The notes under the pieces: model-generated | Database searches by the model: none | What the model saw: only the letters and a program-made list of their open reading frames with translations | What the model was told of the DNA's origin: nothing | Source: Fistulifera solaris | Taxonomy: Eukaryota | Assembly (NCBI GenBank): GCA_030295235.1 | Contig: AP026154.1 | Coordinates: 310,001-374,000, forward strand | Length of the DNA stretch: 64,000 bases | Direction of reading: 5' to 3' | In this document: in pieces, positions 35,256-47,668 of the stretch | Numbering within the stretch: the stretch's first letter is position 1 | Layout: each line of letters opens with the position of its first letter | Translations under genes and position numbers: made by a program

Positions 35256-36927
35256 ATCCATTCCAATCGATGAGCCAACCACCCGGCGACGGTTTCTCGT
35301 GGCACATAGCAATGGGCCACAAATAACAGCAATAAAGTGAACAATATCCGACGGGTATGCAGGACCGGAATATTCGGAACTATTTGAAAGATATGATCCA
35401 GTATCCGACTCTTGAATGACCGGGGATGTGGAAGAATTATAGGTTTGCTCGTTGTTTGATGCGGCATGGTATCCCCAAACGGATGACACCGTAAATTCCC
35501 AAAATCCGTACCGGGCCCGGTCGCCCGCGTCATACACGTCTGATAATGCGACAATGCTTCGAACGAGTATTTGCCGTGATAAGATCCGTACCCCGAACTT
35601 CCCAAACCTCCAAAGGGGGCGTCCTGTGAGGCTAAAAGATGAGGGCGTCATTGCGCATGACACCTCCCGCCCGACACTGGAGTCGAAGGCGTTCCAACAC
35701 GGCGGAACGCTGCGTAAAGACGTACAAACACAACGGGGTTCCGTACATGTTTCGTATGTACGCAACTGCCTCTTCCTCGGAGAATACAGTTACAATGGGA
35801 AGAATGGGACCAAAGATTTCCTCTTGAGCCAATCGGCAATCGTTGGGTAGATTTAAAAGAAGAGTCGGTGCAATATAGCGCTCATCGACATTGCATTCGC
35901 CAGTGCCACCGCACAGTATCTGACATTTCGTTTCAACTTGCGCAATTAAATCATACAATCGTTGCGCGTGTTGTTTTGCCACAATGCGACCCAATTCCGA
36001 CGTTTGTCGAGGAGCCGGATACTGTCGTTCGAGACTCGTCAACAACGCCGGCACTAATTTGTCTACGACATCTTGATGCACCACCAAGGTATCAATCGCG
36101 GCGCACGTTTGACCCGTATTGAAAAATTTCGCCCACACGATGCGATCCGCCATTTGTTGTAGTGGTGGGTGAGTCGAATCAACATAGGCGGGACATTTCC
36201 CACCCAATTCGAGAATGGTAGGAGTCAACGTTTGCGCCGCTGCGGTCGCGACGATTTTTCCCACCTTCTCCGAACCCGTAAAAAAGATGAGACCCCACGG
36301 CTCTTGCAGTAATTGTTGTGTTTCTGAAATACCTCCTTGAATGAGTTTGACCGCGGACGGATCAAAATACTGGTCACACAATTGTTGTAAAAGTGCGGCG
36401 GTCGCGACACACAATTCACTCGGTTTAATGATCACAGGATTACCGGCGGCCAAGGCCCCGACGGCTGGTTGTAACGATAAACTGAACGGATAATTGGACG
36501 GCCCTAAGATCAAGCAGGCGGGTCCTACTTTCGGACACGGTGTCACCGTCGTCCAAGCCGGAATCGTCGCCGCGGGGGATCCGACAAGTTGCGGTTGCAT
36601 CCATTCTTTTAGGTGCGACAAACTGTGATCAACTTCTCCCAACAAGAGTGTAATTTCGGCCCCTACCGCTTCTGTATACGACTTGCCGAGATCGTGATAA
36701 AGAGCTTGCGCAATGGCCGGTTTATTGTTAAGAACCAATTGACGCATCCGCTGCAATTGTTCGATGCGCCATTCGTACGAACGAGTGATCCCCGAATCGT
36801 GCAAGTCTTGCATTTTCTGGCGGATTGTGGGTAAATTGGGTATCATGGTATTCAGCAACAACAACAACAAATGAATAGTCGTAGAGAGTTCTGCTCCAAT
36901 CGGTAAAAGATGATGCCATGAGACCAT
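35219..36927 (-). CDS. ALDH3: Class 3 (fatty) aldehyde dehydrogenase with C-terminal TM; frameshift at about 35634
   Basis: Motifs [29 protein letters not shown] and EEIFGP. After adding one T the frame continues [20 protein letters not shown]. Start may be the downstream Met (MIPNLP). Confidence 0.9.
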
Positions 36928-37179
36928 CTGTCAATGTTGTTGTTATCAAAGAAAAAGAGCGAATGCTGTCGAACACGTGTTGTAAAACGCGAAGCGACTT
37001 GACACTACGAGGTATCGTATTTTATGTACGAACGGTTCTGCCGAGTCTCTAGATTATATTATAGTCTTTCACCACACTCGACAATGCCAACAATAGTAAC
37101 AATGATGGATGATTCATTTTTATATGGAGATTGAAAATGTGGAAGAAGGCGAACTTTACATAGAAAGAAAAAATCCATG

Positions 37180-40100
37180 TTATGCCGCTTGAGCCGACCG
37201 GGCGGCACGCTCCTCCAGTACACGCTTGTAGTCGTGAGGCATCACTTTCACAAATTTCGTCGAGGCTTCCTCCCAGTTATCCAACAACCTTTGACCAACC
37301 GAACTGCCCGTTGCCTCCACGTGTTCCTGGACGTATCCAAACACTTCACGAGACTCGTCGGATTCGAGTGTCTCCAAACCCACCAAGCCCATATTGCACC
37401 GCTTGGGGAACTTGCCTTCGGGATCATAAATGTACGCAATGCCACCACTCATGCCGGCACCAAAGTTACGTCCTGTCTCACCCAGACACACCATGCGTCC
37501 ACCGGTCATGTACTCGCATCCGTGATCGCCAATGCCTTCCACTACAGCCAAAGCGCCCGAGTTGCGGACACAAAATCGTTCCCCCGCTTTGCCCCGGAAA
37601 AACGCTTTGCCCGAAGTGGCACCGTACAAGCAAACATTGCCCACGACCACGTGCTCCTCGGGAGCAAAGCCGCTCGCTACCACGTTGGGTTTGGGAGAAA
37701 CAGAAATCTTACCTCCCGAAAGCCCTTTGCCGACGTAATCGTTGGCATCACCCTGGAGATGGATGGTGATTCCCTTGGCCAAAGTGAAACCGAGTGACTG
37801 TCCTCCGTGTCCCTTGAGCTGCAGGGTGATGGTGTCGTCCGGTAGACCGTCCTTGCCGTGTCGACTCGATATTTCGTAAGAGAGCATCGTTCCTAAAGTA
37901 CGGTTTACATTTTCGATTTCATCTTCAATGACCACTGGAGTTCCGTTCTCCAATGCGTCCTTGGCTTTGCTGATGTAGTCGACGTCTCTGGCAATGTCCA
38001 GGCCGTGATATTGTGTCGTAAGATTGCGAATCCCAGCCGAGGGGTTCAATTCGGACGCCGGCGTTAGTAAAGGACTTAGATCCAATCCTTTGCTCTTGTA
38101 ATGCTGACCGCGCTTGTTCACCTCCAGGTGCTGTGTCTGGCCGACCATTTCCGCCATGGTGCGGTATCCCAACTTGGCCATGATTTCACGGACTTCCTCG
38201 GCAAGCAGGAAAAAGTAATTCATGACGTGTTCCGGTTCGCCGGCGAACTTACGGCGCAGCTCTTCATCCTGTGTAGCAATACCCACGGGGCACGTGTTCA
38301 AGTGGCATTTTCTCATCATGATGCAACCCATCGCAATGAGTGGGGCCGTGGCGAAACCGAATTCCTCAGCACCGAGGAGGCAGGCAATGGCCACATCGCG
38401 GCCGGTCTTGAGCTGACCATCGGTCTGCAACTTGACACGATCGCGCAATCCATTCAACACCAGAGTTTGCTGAGTCTCAGCGAGACCGAGTTCCCACGGT
38501 AATCCGCAGCCCTTGATACCCGTCCACGCGGCAGCACCTGTTCCACCGTCGTGACCGCTCACTGTGATATGATCCGCGAGGGCCTGTTCTCTCTGTTAGC
38601 ATACACGCGAAGATCATTCAAAATTAGAGCATGATGATTGAACTTACCTTTGCAACGCCAGCAGCAACAACACCAACACCGACTTCTGATACAAGCTTGA
38701 CAGACACTTCACCCTTCGGCTGTGCATTCTTAAGATCATGAATGAGTTGTGCAAGATCCTCGATCGAGTAAATATCGTGGTGAGGAGGAGGCGAAATCAG
38801 ACCGACACCCGGTGTAGTGTGGCGATTTTCTGCAATGTAATCAGATACTTTGAAGCCAGGAAGTTCACCTCCCTCGCCCGGTTTGGCACCTTGGGCCATT
38901 TTGATTTGGATTTGATCACTGTTGGCAAGATAGTGAGAAGTAACACCGAAACGACCTGACGCAACCTGCTTGATACTAGAGCGTCGGTTATCGCTAAAGC
39001 GGGCGGGGTCTTCGCCTCCTTCTCCGGTGTTTGAACGCGCACCCAGGGCGTTCATCGCTTTAGCTAGTGTCTCGTGAGCTTCTCGACTAATGGAACCCAA
39101 AGACATAGCACCCGACGCGAATCGTTTAACGATATTCTGCACCGGCTCAACTTCATCAAGCGGAATTGCACGGGATGGATCGAATTTGAACTTTAATTGG
39201 CCACGAAGAGTAACTTTTTTATTCTGTTCGTTTGTGAGTCTGGCAAACTCCTTGTATGCCTCACGGGAGTTCGTGCGTGCAGCGATTTGGAGATTAACCA
39301 TGCCAGCTGGGGTGTTCAAATGGGCTTCGCCTCCGTCACGGTAGTGCATTTGACCATCGCTGACGACCATGTCGTCGAGGTCCGTCGGGGTGACAGGGTA
39401 GGCAGCCTCATGCATACGTTCTAGATCACGATAGATTGCCTCAAAGTCAGTTCCTTGGATACGAGTGGTGGTTCCTGTAAAACAACGATCCACCACCTCA
39501 TCGGCCAATCCAACAGCTTCAAACACCTGAGCGCCCTTGTAACTCTGTAAGGTTGAAATTCCCATCTTACTCATCACCTTTAACAATCCTTTAGCTACAG
39601 CCTTGCGGTAATTCTTCATGGCTTCTTCGTCGGTAAAGTTTTGCTTGGCCTGTGATTCGATCAATCCTTCGGCATTCATTTTGCAAAGCACCTCGTATGC
39701 CATGTAAGGGCAAACACCATCGGCACCGAAGCCAAAGAGTGTAGCAAAATCATGAACTTCCTTCGCATCACCAGCCTCCGCAAAAATGGCTGCCTTCGGT
39801 CGCTGTTTCGTCTTGATGAGATGTTGGTGAACAGCTCCGATAGCAAGCAGAGATGGTAAGCCAATGCGATCGGGCCCGGCGAAACGATCGGAAAGAATTA
39901 CACCTTGCACTCCACTAGATCCGATTCCTCCTTGAATCGCTTCAGCTGCCTCGTCACAAATACGTTCCAAGGCCTGTCATTTGAAGCGTAGAACATCCGT
40001 GAGAATGATGAAAATCGACACCAAAATATATGGGAGTAAATTAATAACATACCTGCAGCATACCATCGGGGCCACTTCCAGCGGGGAAGGTTGTATCAAT

Positions 40101-42168
40101 CACAGCAGTCGAAAAGGCCGTGGAGCCGTCCGTCCGCTTGTACTGTTTGTTTTTCAAAGTTTCCATTTCTTGCAACGTCAAAACAGGATGACGAACGACC
40201 ATGCGCTCACAATGCTGAGGACTCGGATCCGCCAGCAGGTTTCCTTCCGGTCCGACCGGGCACACCAAGCTCATGACGATTTCCTCACGAATCGGATCAA
40301 TCGGAGGATTGGTGACTTGAGCAAAGAGTTGTTTGAAGTAATCAAAAACTTGACGGGGCTTCTCCGAGAGAACCGCCAGAGCCGCGTCATTTCCCATGCT
40401 ACCCAATGCTTCTTTTCCGCCTACTGCCATGGGAACAAGTAACATCTCCAGCTTTTCCGTGCTGTAACCAAACATGTTCAATTTGCGGTTGGTCTGTGAA
40501 AAATCCATAGGGCTGGGTGACAATCCTTCCTTCTTGGCCCATTTTTCTAAATCCATCAAATTCGCATCCACCCACTCCGAGTACGGATGCAGTGAAGCAA
40601 TATGTTCTTTGATTTCATTGTCGGGTACAATACGCTGTGTTTCAAAGTCGACCAAAAACATCTTTCCCGGTTCCAAGCGATGCTTGATCTTGACATCTTC
40701 ATCGGGGATTTCCGGACACACCCCAATTTCCGAAGAGGCAATGACAATATCGTCTTTGGTCACATAATAACGACTCGGACGCAAACCATTGCGATCCAAC
40801 GTAGCACCAATGTAACGTCCATCGGTGAAGGCCACCATGGCCGGTCCATCCCACGGTTCCATGACACACGAATTGTATTCGTAAAAGGCGCGTTTCGCGT
40901 CCGAAAGATTATCATTGTCTTGCCAAGCCTCCGGAATCATCATCATCATGGCTTCGGGCAAGGATCGATTCGATCCTTTCGTAATTAACTCCAATACCGA
41001 ATCAAAGTTCCCACTGTCACTCTTGTCATCGGCCGTGACGGGCAACAACAACATGGTCTCATCACCGTACACGGGCGATTCCATGATGCCACCACGACTG
41101 TACATCCAGTTTTTGTTGCCGCGCAGGGTATTGATTTCACCATTGTGACACATCATCCGGATCGGTTGCGCTCGTTCCCAGGACGGAAAGGTATTGGTCG
41201 AGAATCGCGAATGCACCAGTGCCAAGTGCGACACGAATTCGGGTTGCTGCAGATCCAAATAGTATTGCGATACTTGCGCCGGTGTCAATTGTCCTTTGTA
41301 GGTAATGTGCTGACTAGTGAGCGAATTGATGTAAAAGCCCGATTCTGGTCCTAAAAATCCGGCGACTTCATCTTCGGCCATGATCCGGATGCGCATCAAA
41401 TCTTGATCGAATTGTTTCGGATCGGATCCGGTACCATTAACAATAAAAACTTGTTCGGTAATGGGTTCCGAATCCAACGGATCCTTGCCCAAGGATGAAT
41501 TATCGACGGGAACAGGCCGCCATCCCACGAGTTGATGTTTCGATTGCGCAATCAATCGTTCCATGACGGCCTTGCATTCCGTTAAACGACCATTCGAGTC
41601 GGAATTGGGGGGAAAGAAAATGTTGGCGACAGAATAATGTCCAAAGGAAGGAAGTTCTTTGCCAAAAATTTGTGAGCTTCCGCACGCATGAAACTATCGG
41701 GCATGCCCAACAAAATGCCTACATTATTATTTTTATTATAGCAAAATAGAGTGAGGTGAACCCAGCATCGAACGCCAAAAAATGAACTCATTTCGCATAC
41801 ACAAAAACGAACGTACCAGAACCATCTCCCGACGCCGGATCACATCCACAACCACCCCGATGAGACATGCGGACTAGCATTTCGTCGGCTTTCTCGACAA
41901 TGTCGCGACTCGGTTTTGACTGCAGAGAAGCAATCAATCCGACACCACAATTCTCACGTTCATCGGCCGCCTTGTAAAGAGCTGGAGGCAATTGTTCTTT
42001 CGGTCGTCCGGAACGCCATTGCAAGATCTTTTCGGTCGAATAAAAACGATGTTGTTGTTGTGTGTAGCCACGACGCAACGTGGTAGCGACGAGTATACGA
42101 CGACAACTCGTTCGACTCGTACGAATCGTCGTCGCACGGCGAGCGGCAACTTTAGCAGACGAAATCAT
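37180..42168 (-). CDS. gltB: Glutamate synthase (GOGAT) large/alpha subunit with N-terminal presequence. Introns 41719-41816, 39974-40052, 38584-38647; frameshift at about 41665
   Basis: Catalytic N-terminal [46 protein letters not shown], 3Fe-4S motif [15 protein letters not shown], and C-terminal GXGXG repeats. Confidence 0.96.
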
Positions 42169-42794
42169 CGTAAGTCAAGAAAAAAAAGTAGGGTTCCAGC
42201 AGCGTTAGAAAGCACTGAAAACAGTGAGAGAGGGAGACGAAACCTAAAAACGAAAGAAAGAACGAAAAAAAAAAGCGAACGATGTTTTTTTTGAGGTTGG
42301 AGGATTTTGTTGCGTGGAGTGGCTGACTCCGGCTCGGAAGAATGTGAGCGGATGTTCCCAGCGTAGCGTTTGTTACTGTAATTCTACGAGCCTTACATTC
42401 GACCGGTAGTAAAGTCCAACCGGTACCTGACGATCCTCCCCGCTGAAGAAACAGAACATTATTTGTTTGTCTTCGAGTGGCTCTCGTTCCGTTTTCTCGC
42501 CTTTCCATCCACTTGCCATGCCACTTGAACGAGCACGGTTTGTCCGTTGTCCGAGTGGATTGGGAGATATGGCCATACTACTGTTTCACTTGACAGTGGG
42601 CGCAGGATTGAAAATGCAACCATTCGTGTTGATGATTCTTCATTATTTTTTTTTCACAACAGTCGTTGATCCTCAACCTTTATCCACCTAAAAGTTATTT
42701 TTGCCAGAGAAGCCAGCGACCATGACAAAATACTTTGTATTCACCAGAACGTTTCTCGTTTTTTTATTGATTGCCTTATCATGACTTTCACAGC

Positions 42795-43831
42795 ATGAGT
42801 GAAACACAGAATTGTCCTTGTAAACATGTCAATTGGCGTCTTTCTTCCACGACGGCGGCCGAATTTGGTGATTTGCACCGTCTCATGGAGATGAAGAAAT
42901 ACAGTAGAGAAGCCTTGGTGTTGGCGGCTCAACAGGGTCATATCGCGGTGACGGCGTATTTGATACAACAAACGACGGACTGGAAGGATTTCATCACACC
43001 CCTGCATCGTGCCAGTTTTGCGGGAGCCGTGTCGACGATGCGCTTGCTGCTCGATGGGGCGGTGAAACGAACATGCCTCGAAGAATTGTTACAGGCGCCC
43101 GATACGACCTTTGGGGATCAACGGAATGCGTTGCACAAGGCGGCGACGGGAGGACGGTTTCTGGCCGTGCATTGTTTGCTCGAGTACTGCAATAATACGG
43201 CATTCTTATTATCGAAAGATGGACAAGGACAAACGGCTCGTGACATTGCGGTAGCATTGCGAAGCCGACAAGCGGAAGAAGCCAAATCGGTCGCGCGGTG
43301 GAATACGGTGGCGGATGGAACACCGGATTGGGAGAAATGTGTACAGGTACGAACGAGTTTTTAAATCGGCAGGTCATCTTCGATTGTCCTCAATATACTC
43401 CAATCTTTCTTTTCTTCCCTAGCTACTGCGACGTGCGGAGTTTCAATCGACGACTACTACGAGTAGTCGTAATTTACTTCGCCGAAGAACCCATTGGGAA
43501 CCATTGCCTCCCCCTTTCGGGATGCATGGATTGCTTCGACGAAACGTGCTTGACGCAAACGTGGGAAAATTCCTTTCGTTCGATTTTACGGTCGGAAGTC
43601 GAAGAATCGCTTCGAAATACTTCCCAAAATGTGTTTGTGATGCCTGCAGAGGAAACTGAAAATGAACAGCCAGCTTTGCTCGCAGAACCGCATCACACAT
43701 CTAGCACTATGTCTTCATCATTCAAGAATCATCATACTTCAGCCATCGGTCAAGAGTGCTCCAAGTGCCACAATATGACAATTGTCGTTTATCGACGCAA
43801 TGGATTACTCGTTTGTAAAAAATGTCGCTAA
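42795..43831 (+). CDS. Ankyrin-repeat protein with Cys pairs and a C-terminal Zn-ribbon-like motif; intron 43347-43422; probable frameshift at about 43510
   Basis: Ankyrin-like LAAQQGH, TPLHRASFAG, NALHKAATGG and DGQGQTARDIA; C-terminal CSKC...CKKC. Confidence 0.7.
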
Positions 43832-44005
43832 TATCTTCCTTCCTCTGGAACCGCAATAAACCTGACCATCGCCCAATGGATCCATAATTTTCCTTCATAA
43901 CAACAAAATAATGTACTCTTTCTCTACAACTTGGAGATCAGTATATTATCATTATTGTTTTAATCGTTGCATAGGATGTCATCCTGCTTCGTGATAAAAA
44001 GCTAT

Positions 44006-44500
44006 CTACGAAGATGCCAGTGCGGCAATGGCTTTCTGTAATTCCGCAAAAGATTCCGCCAGTTCTTGAATGGCCGTCTTTTGATGCCATTGTAAAAAAA
44101 AGCATCTCGTGAGAAAATTCAACTTGTTGGCGGCCGTCTGGTATTTCAATACCACGCGAAAGGCTCCCGCGTACGCTTGCACGGCCACCGATGGGAAACT
44201 GCGCTGCTCTACGCCATCACTGAGAATTCGTTTGACGTCCTTGACTTTGCGTTGCGCCTGTTCCGAAGCTTCCTTGCTGTTGAGTGTACCAAAACAAGCA
44301 TCAATCACATTGCCATCGGTGAGAGCTGAAAACGCTAGTAGTTCCGATTGTTTGGAGAGCTTTCCTCCGGGTCGGGGAGCTTCGGCACTTCCTTGTAACA
44401 AAATGGCGTATCCCTGTGCCTTGGCAAGATCCATTTCGAGTAAAGCTGTTTGATCATATAATTGGATAGGTTCCCCCATGATCTGAGCAGCACTCGGCAT
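44006..44500 (-). CDS. Hypothetical helical protein, about 164 aa
   Basis: Open frame from MPSAAQ with coding-like codon use; family not recognised. Confidence 0.6.
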   Translation of the reverse strand: MPSAAQIMGEPIQLYDQTALLEMDLAKAQGYAILLQGSAEAPRPGGKLSKQSELLAFSALTDGNVIDACFGTLNSKEASEQAQRKVKDVKRILSDGVEQRSFPSVAVQAYAGAFRVVLKYQTAANKLNFLTRCFFLQWHQKTAIQELAESFAELQKAIAALASS

Positions 44501-45046
44501 ATTCAATTTTATACTATGTCGGCTTTTTTGTGACAGATGACCGATGCCAAAAAAAACTCCTTGATTCACAACTATCTGTCTAAACAATCTCCTTCTTTGA
44601 TTCTCTTCCGCAACCTTGACTTGATAAAAAAAATTTGCTTAGGGGGCGACGATAGATAAATGCTGAGACTGACGATGCCAGAAGAAGGCTACAAGGTTGC
44701 ACACTTGCCGGATGATAAGAAATGCTTTTCGAAGTCATGTGAAAGACGAAAACGAAGCAGGATGCAGGATTGTTGCCGAGAAATAATTAGGACGAGAGAC
44801 CGCGAAACCGGATCGGAGGCCGAAACCGATACTAAAGGGTACATTCGATTTCGTATCATGTTTTGGAAATAGACACCTTTCAAAGTTGCTATATTGGTCA
44901 TTCTATCCAGTCATTTCTACTGAAAAGTGAATGCTAAGTAGGGAATCCTTTCGTTTTGCACTATATTTCCGTCCCCAATCCGTTACTCGTACTATCTGTC
45001 GAGATTGTGGAGCGGTGTTGCACAAAACCCTACGAGTAACACTATT

Positions 45047-45077
45047 CGGTACCGGTACCGGTACCTGGTACCGGTAG
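45047..45077. repeat. Palindromic (CCGGTA)n mini-array in an intergenic region
   Basis: cggtaccggtaccggtacctggtaccggtag seen directly. Confidence 0.85.
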
Positions 45078-45405
45078 TGTAAAATGGAAGGGAGAACACT
45101 TCCAATCCCTTGCAATGTCAATCACGTTTATGTCGTCCGTCAGATCCGTTGCGTTCCTCGCGGAATTTTGATCAAGCACCGGTACTCATCCCTTATTAAA
45201 GCAGTACCGGTCAGGGTTGACGTACATAGAATCCCTGCGTCGCCTTGTGTGTCGTTTCACAAGTGCGCCAAAATTTTCTGTGCAACGGTTCCATTTTCTC
45301 GTTCACCTTGTGCACATCTAACTAGTATTTGTTGCACCTCGAACGCCAGTAATCCTTTCTTAGGAAATCATCACTTTTTCTCTTTTGACTACAATACAGC
45401 AAAGA

Positions 45406-47646
45406 ATGTGGTCGCAGCAATTGATCTCGGCACTATTGTTACTTCTAACGCCGGTGGTAAAGAGCCAAGATGTCGTCGGTGTGAATCTCGGCGGAGGAAT
45501 TGTCACTCGCACCGATGTGCTCAAGTATGCGAATATTACGTTAGACGTCCGAGATATGTTGGGATCCACCTCACAGCAAGACGCATTGGTTATTTACAAT
45601 TCGGGAAGTCACGCCATTTCCGGGAATTCTCGTCTGTCGTTGAGTCAGATACACAATGAACTGAGAGACGCAGAATTCAAAACACTGGAGTTTGTCTTTT
45701 ACCACTACGGACTCGCGGCACTCGATCAAAAGCCCGATCCAGATTTTGCCACCAATTACGTGACCAAGGCCATCAAGGAAAATGAGCTCGGTTTCGCGAC
45801 AGACGCGGTCTTGTCACTCATTCTGTGGCAATACGCCATTCATGTACTCTACAAAGGTGTCGTGAACTGTGACACCCGGTCTCAAGCCAATCGACCGGAG
45901 ATGGTAGAGATTGGGGGAGGTGGATTGGATGAGTTCATCGCGCTGTGGATTGGCGCCTTCCAAACTCCGGCCAGCATTGATGGATACAGTCTTTATGCCT
46001 GGACCGAGAGGGCCGGTCAATTATTTGGAGTTCGAAATCCAGAAGCGGCAGCCAATTCCAAGATTAAGGTGCTCTACCAGGAAGGTGCGGTAGCTTTGAG
46101 CTTGTCAGGATCATGTTCGACATCGTCGAGCAAAACTGTGGGTCAGCTATACAAAGTAGCTGTACAAATTTCCGACCAAATGATGATACCACTCTATCAG
46201 TGGTTGATCGAAGCCATCGTCACCCGTGATCTACCAAAAGCGGAGCTGTATAGCAGAGCACTAATTCCTCATTTATCGCAATGCCGTCCGTCACAATTCA
46301 CTGTTCTGAACGAGTATCTTGCGGACGGAATACAGTTTGATAAGGATACGGAGATTATCGAGCTTCTTCACGAGTCACTCAGCTGCTTCGGACTTACCTG
46401 CCAAGATATTGGTGTAATGAGTTCTCATCCCAACTCCGGTTGCATGGACCCTGTCGATACATCACCAACGCTTGCGGGATTTACCACGTCCTCGGATGTG
46501 AGAGAGGTAAGGCCGTTCTTGTTTGTGTAATAAAAAACCATGCTGTGACTCTAGCCAGTTTTGTGCCTCACATGAGTCGTCGTGCCTTATAAGATTTCGA
46601 AAATGGACTTGGACGTTTATCAAATGGGTGTTTTGGCACAACTGGGGGCCTGGAAGTTTCTGACTCTTCTGTACCGCTTCGGAAGAAACGCAAGGAAACC
46701 TCGTGACAGCGAAAACGACCCGTTTGAATTACACTCTTTACAAGAATTCGCCATGTCCGCAAATCGCAAATCCATGCCGTTTTATACAACATTTATCAAC
46801 TATCAAAAGAAGCACAACCAGGAATACGGCGACCAAGCGATCATGAATGCCATTGAGGGAAAAGGGAAATGGTCTACAAGATCGCAGCAGCAACGGGCAG
46901 CCATGGTGAAACTAACGAGTGCCTACCAAATCATATTCCTGGAGACGATGGGACTGTTTGAAGAGGCATTTGTCAAATGTGAAGAAGAAGACTCAGAAAT
47001 TGGTTTTAGCGCCGAGGAAAATCCACTCGACCAGGCAGGTGCATTACTGATTGGATACATGGAAGGAAAAGAGATGCGAGGGACCAGTGTCGACGGCCAG
47101 CTGCTTTACAACCTGGCCAACAAACAAGCATTTACTTTTGGGTCACTGAACGGCCAAATTGCTCTCGTGAATGATCAATTGGAAGATCTCCTTTATGCAG
47201 CGAAGGGGCAACTTGATGCATTGGACTGCATCAAATTATCCCGCACCACGAGCAAGATGTCTCAAATTATGTTAGTCCCTTTACTGCAAGCCATGCTTAT
47301 AGCAGCCGTAGAGAGTGAGGGTCTTCCGGTGAACTCCGATTCGGAGAGCTTAGTACAAGGAGAAGTGTTTGCAACGACTGTCCTACCTTTCATAAATGAT
47401 GTGCAGCCAGATTCCGCTAGTTTGGTACAAAGAAACATGATTGTGAGCGGAACCGATACCGTCCCCGATGGGTCCAAAGCTGTCGGAGAAGTGACGGGCA
47501 AATTTGTGGCCAATGGTTTACAGATTAGTTGCGGGGTTTTAGGAAACAGCGACAAAATTCAGCCCTGTCGCAACTACTCCGGGGCTGGATCTTTAGTTGC
47601 TCCTCTCGTGATATCAGTTTTCACGGGTCTGTATTTCTGGATTTAA
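45406..47646 (+). CDS. Secreted/surface protein with two FEA1/ISIP2-like (low-iron-inducible periplasmic) domains and a hydrophobic C-tail; intron 46507-46593
   Basis: Signal peptide and two internally similar halves (DEFIALWIG..GYSLY..MMIPLYQ / DQAGALLIG..GQLLYNLA..MLVPLLQ..FATTVLP..QRNM). Terminal hydrophobic stretch. Confidence 0.68.
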
Positions 47647-47668
47647 AAATCGGTTATCATTTTTCAAG

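Noticed and set aside
44640..44700. TPP-riboswitch-like GGGG...GCTGAGA
   Set aside because: Lacks the downstream CCTGAT...TAAT...GCG core and has no thiamine gene context.
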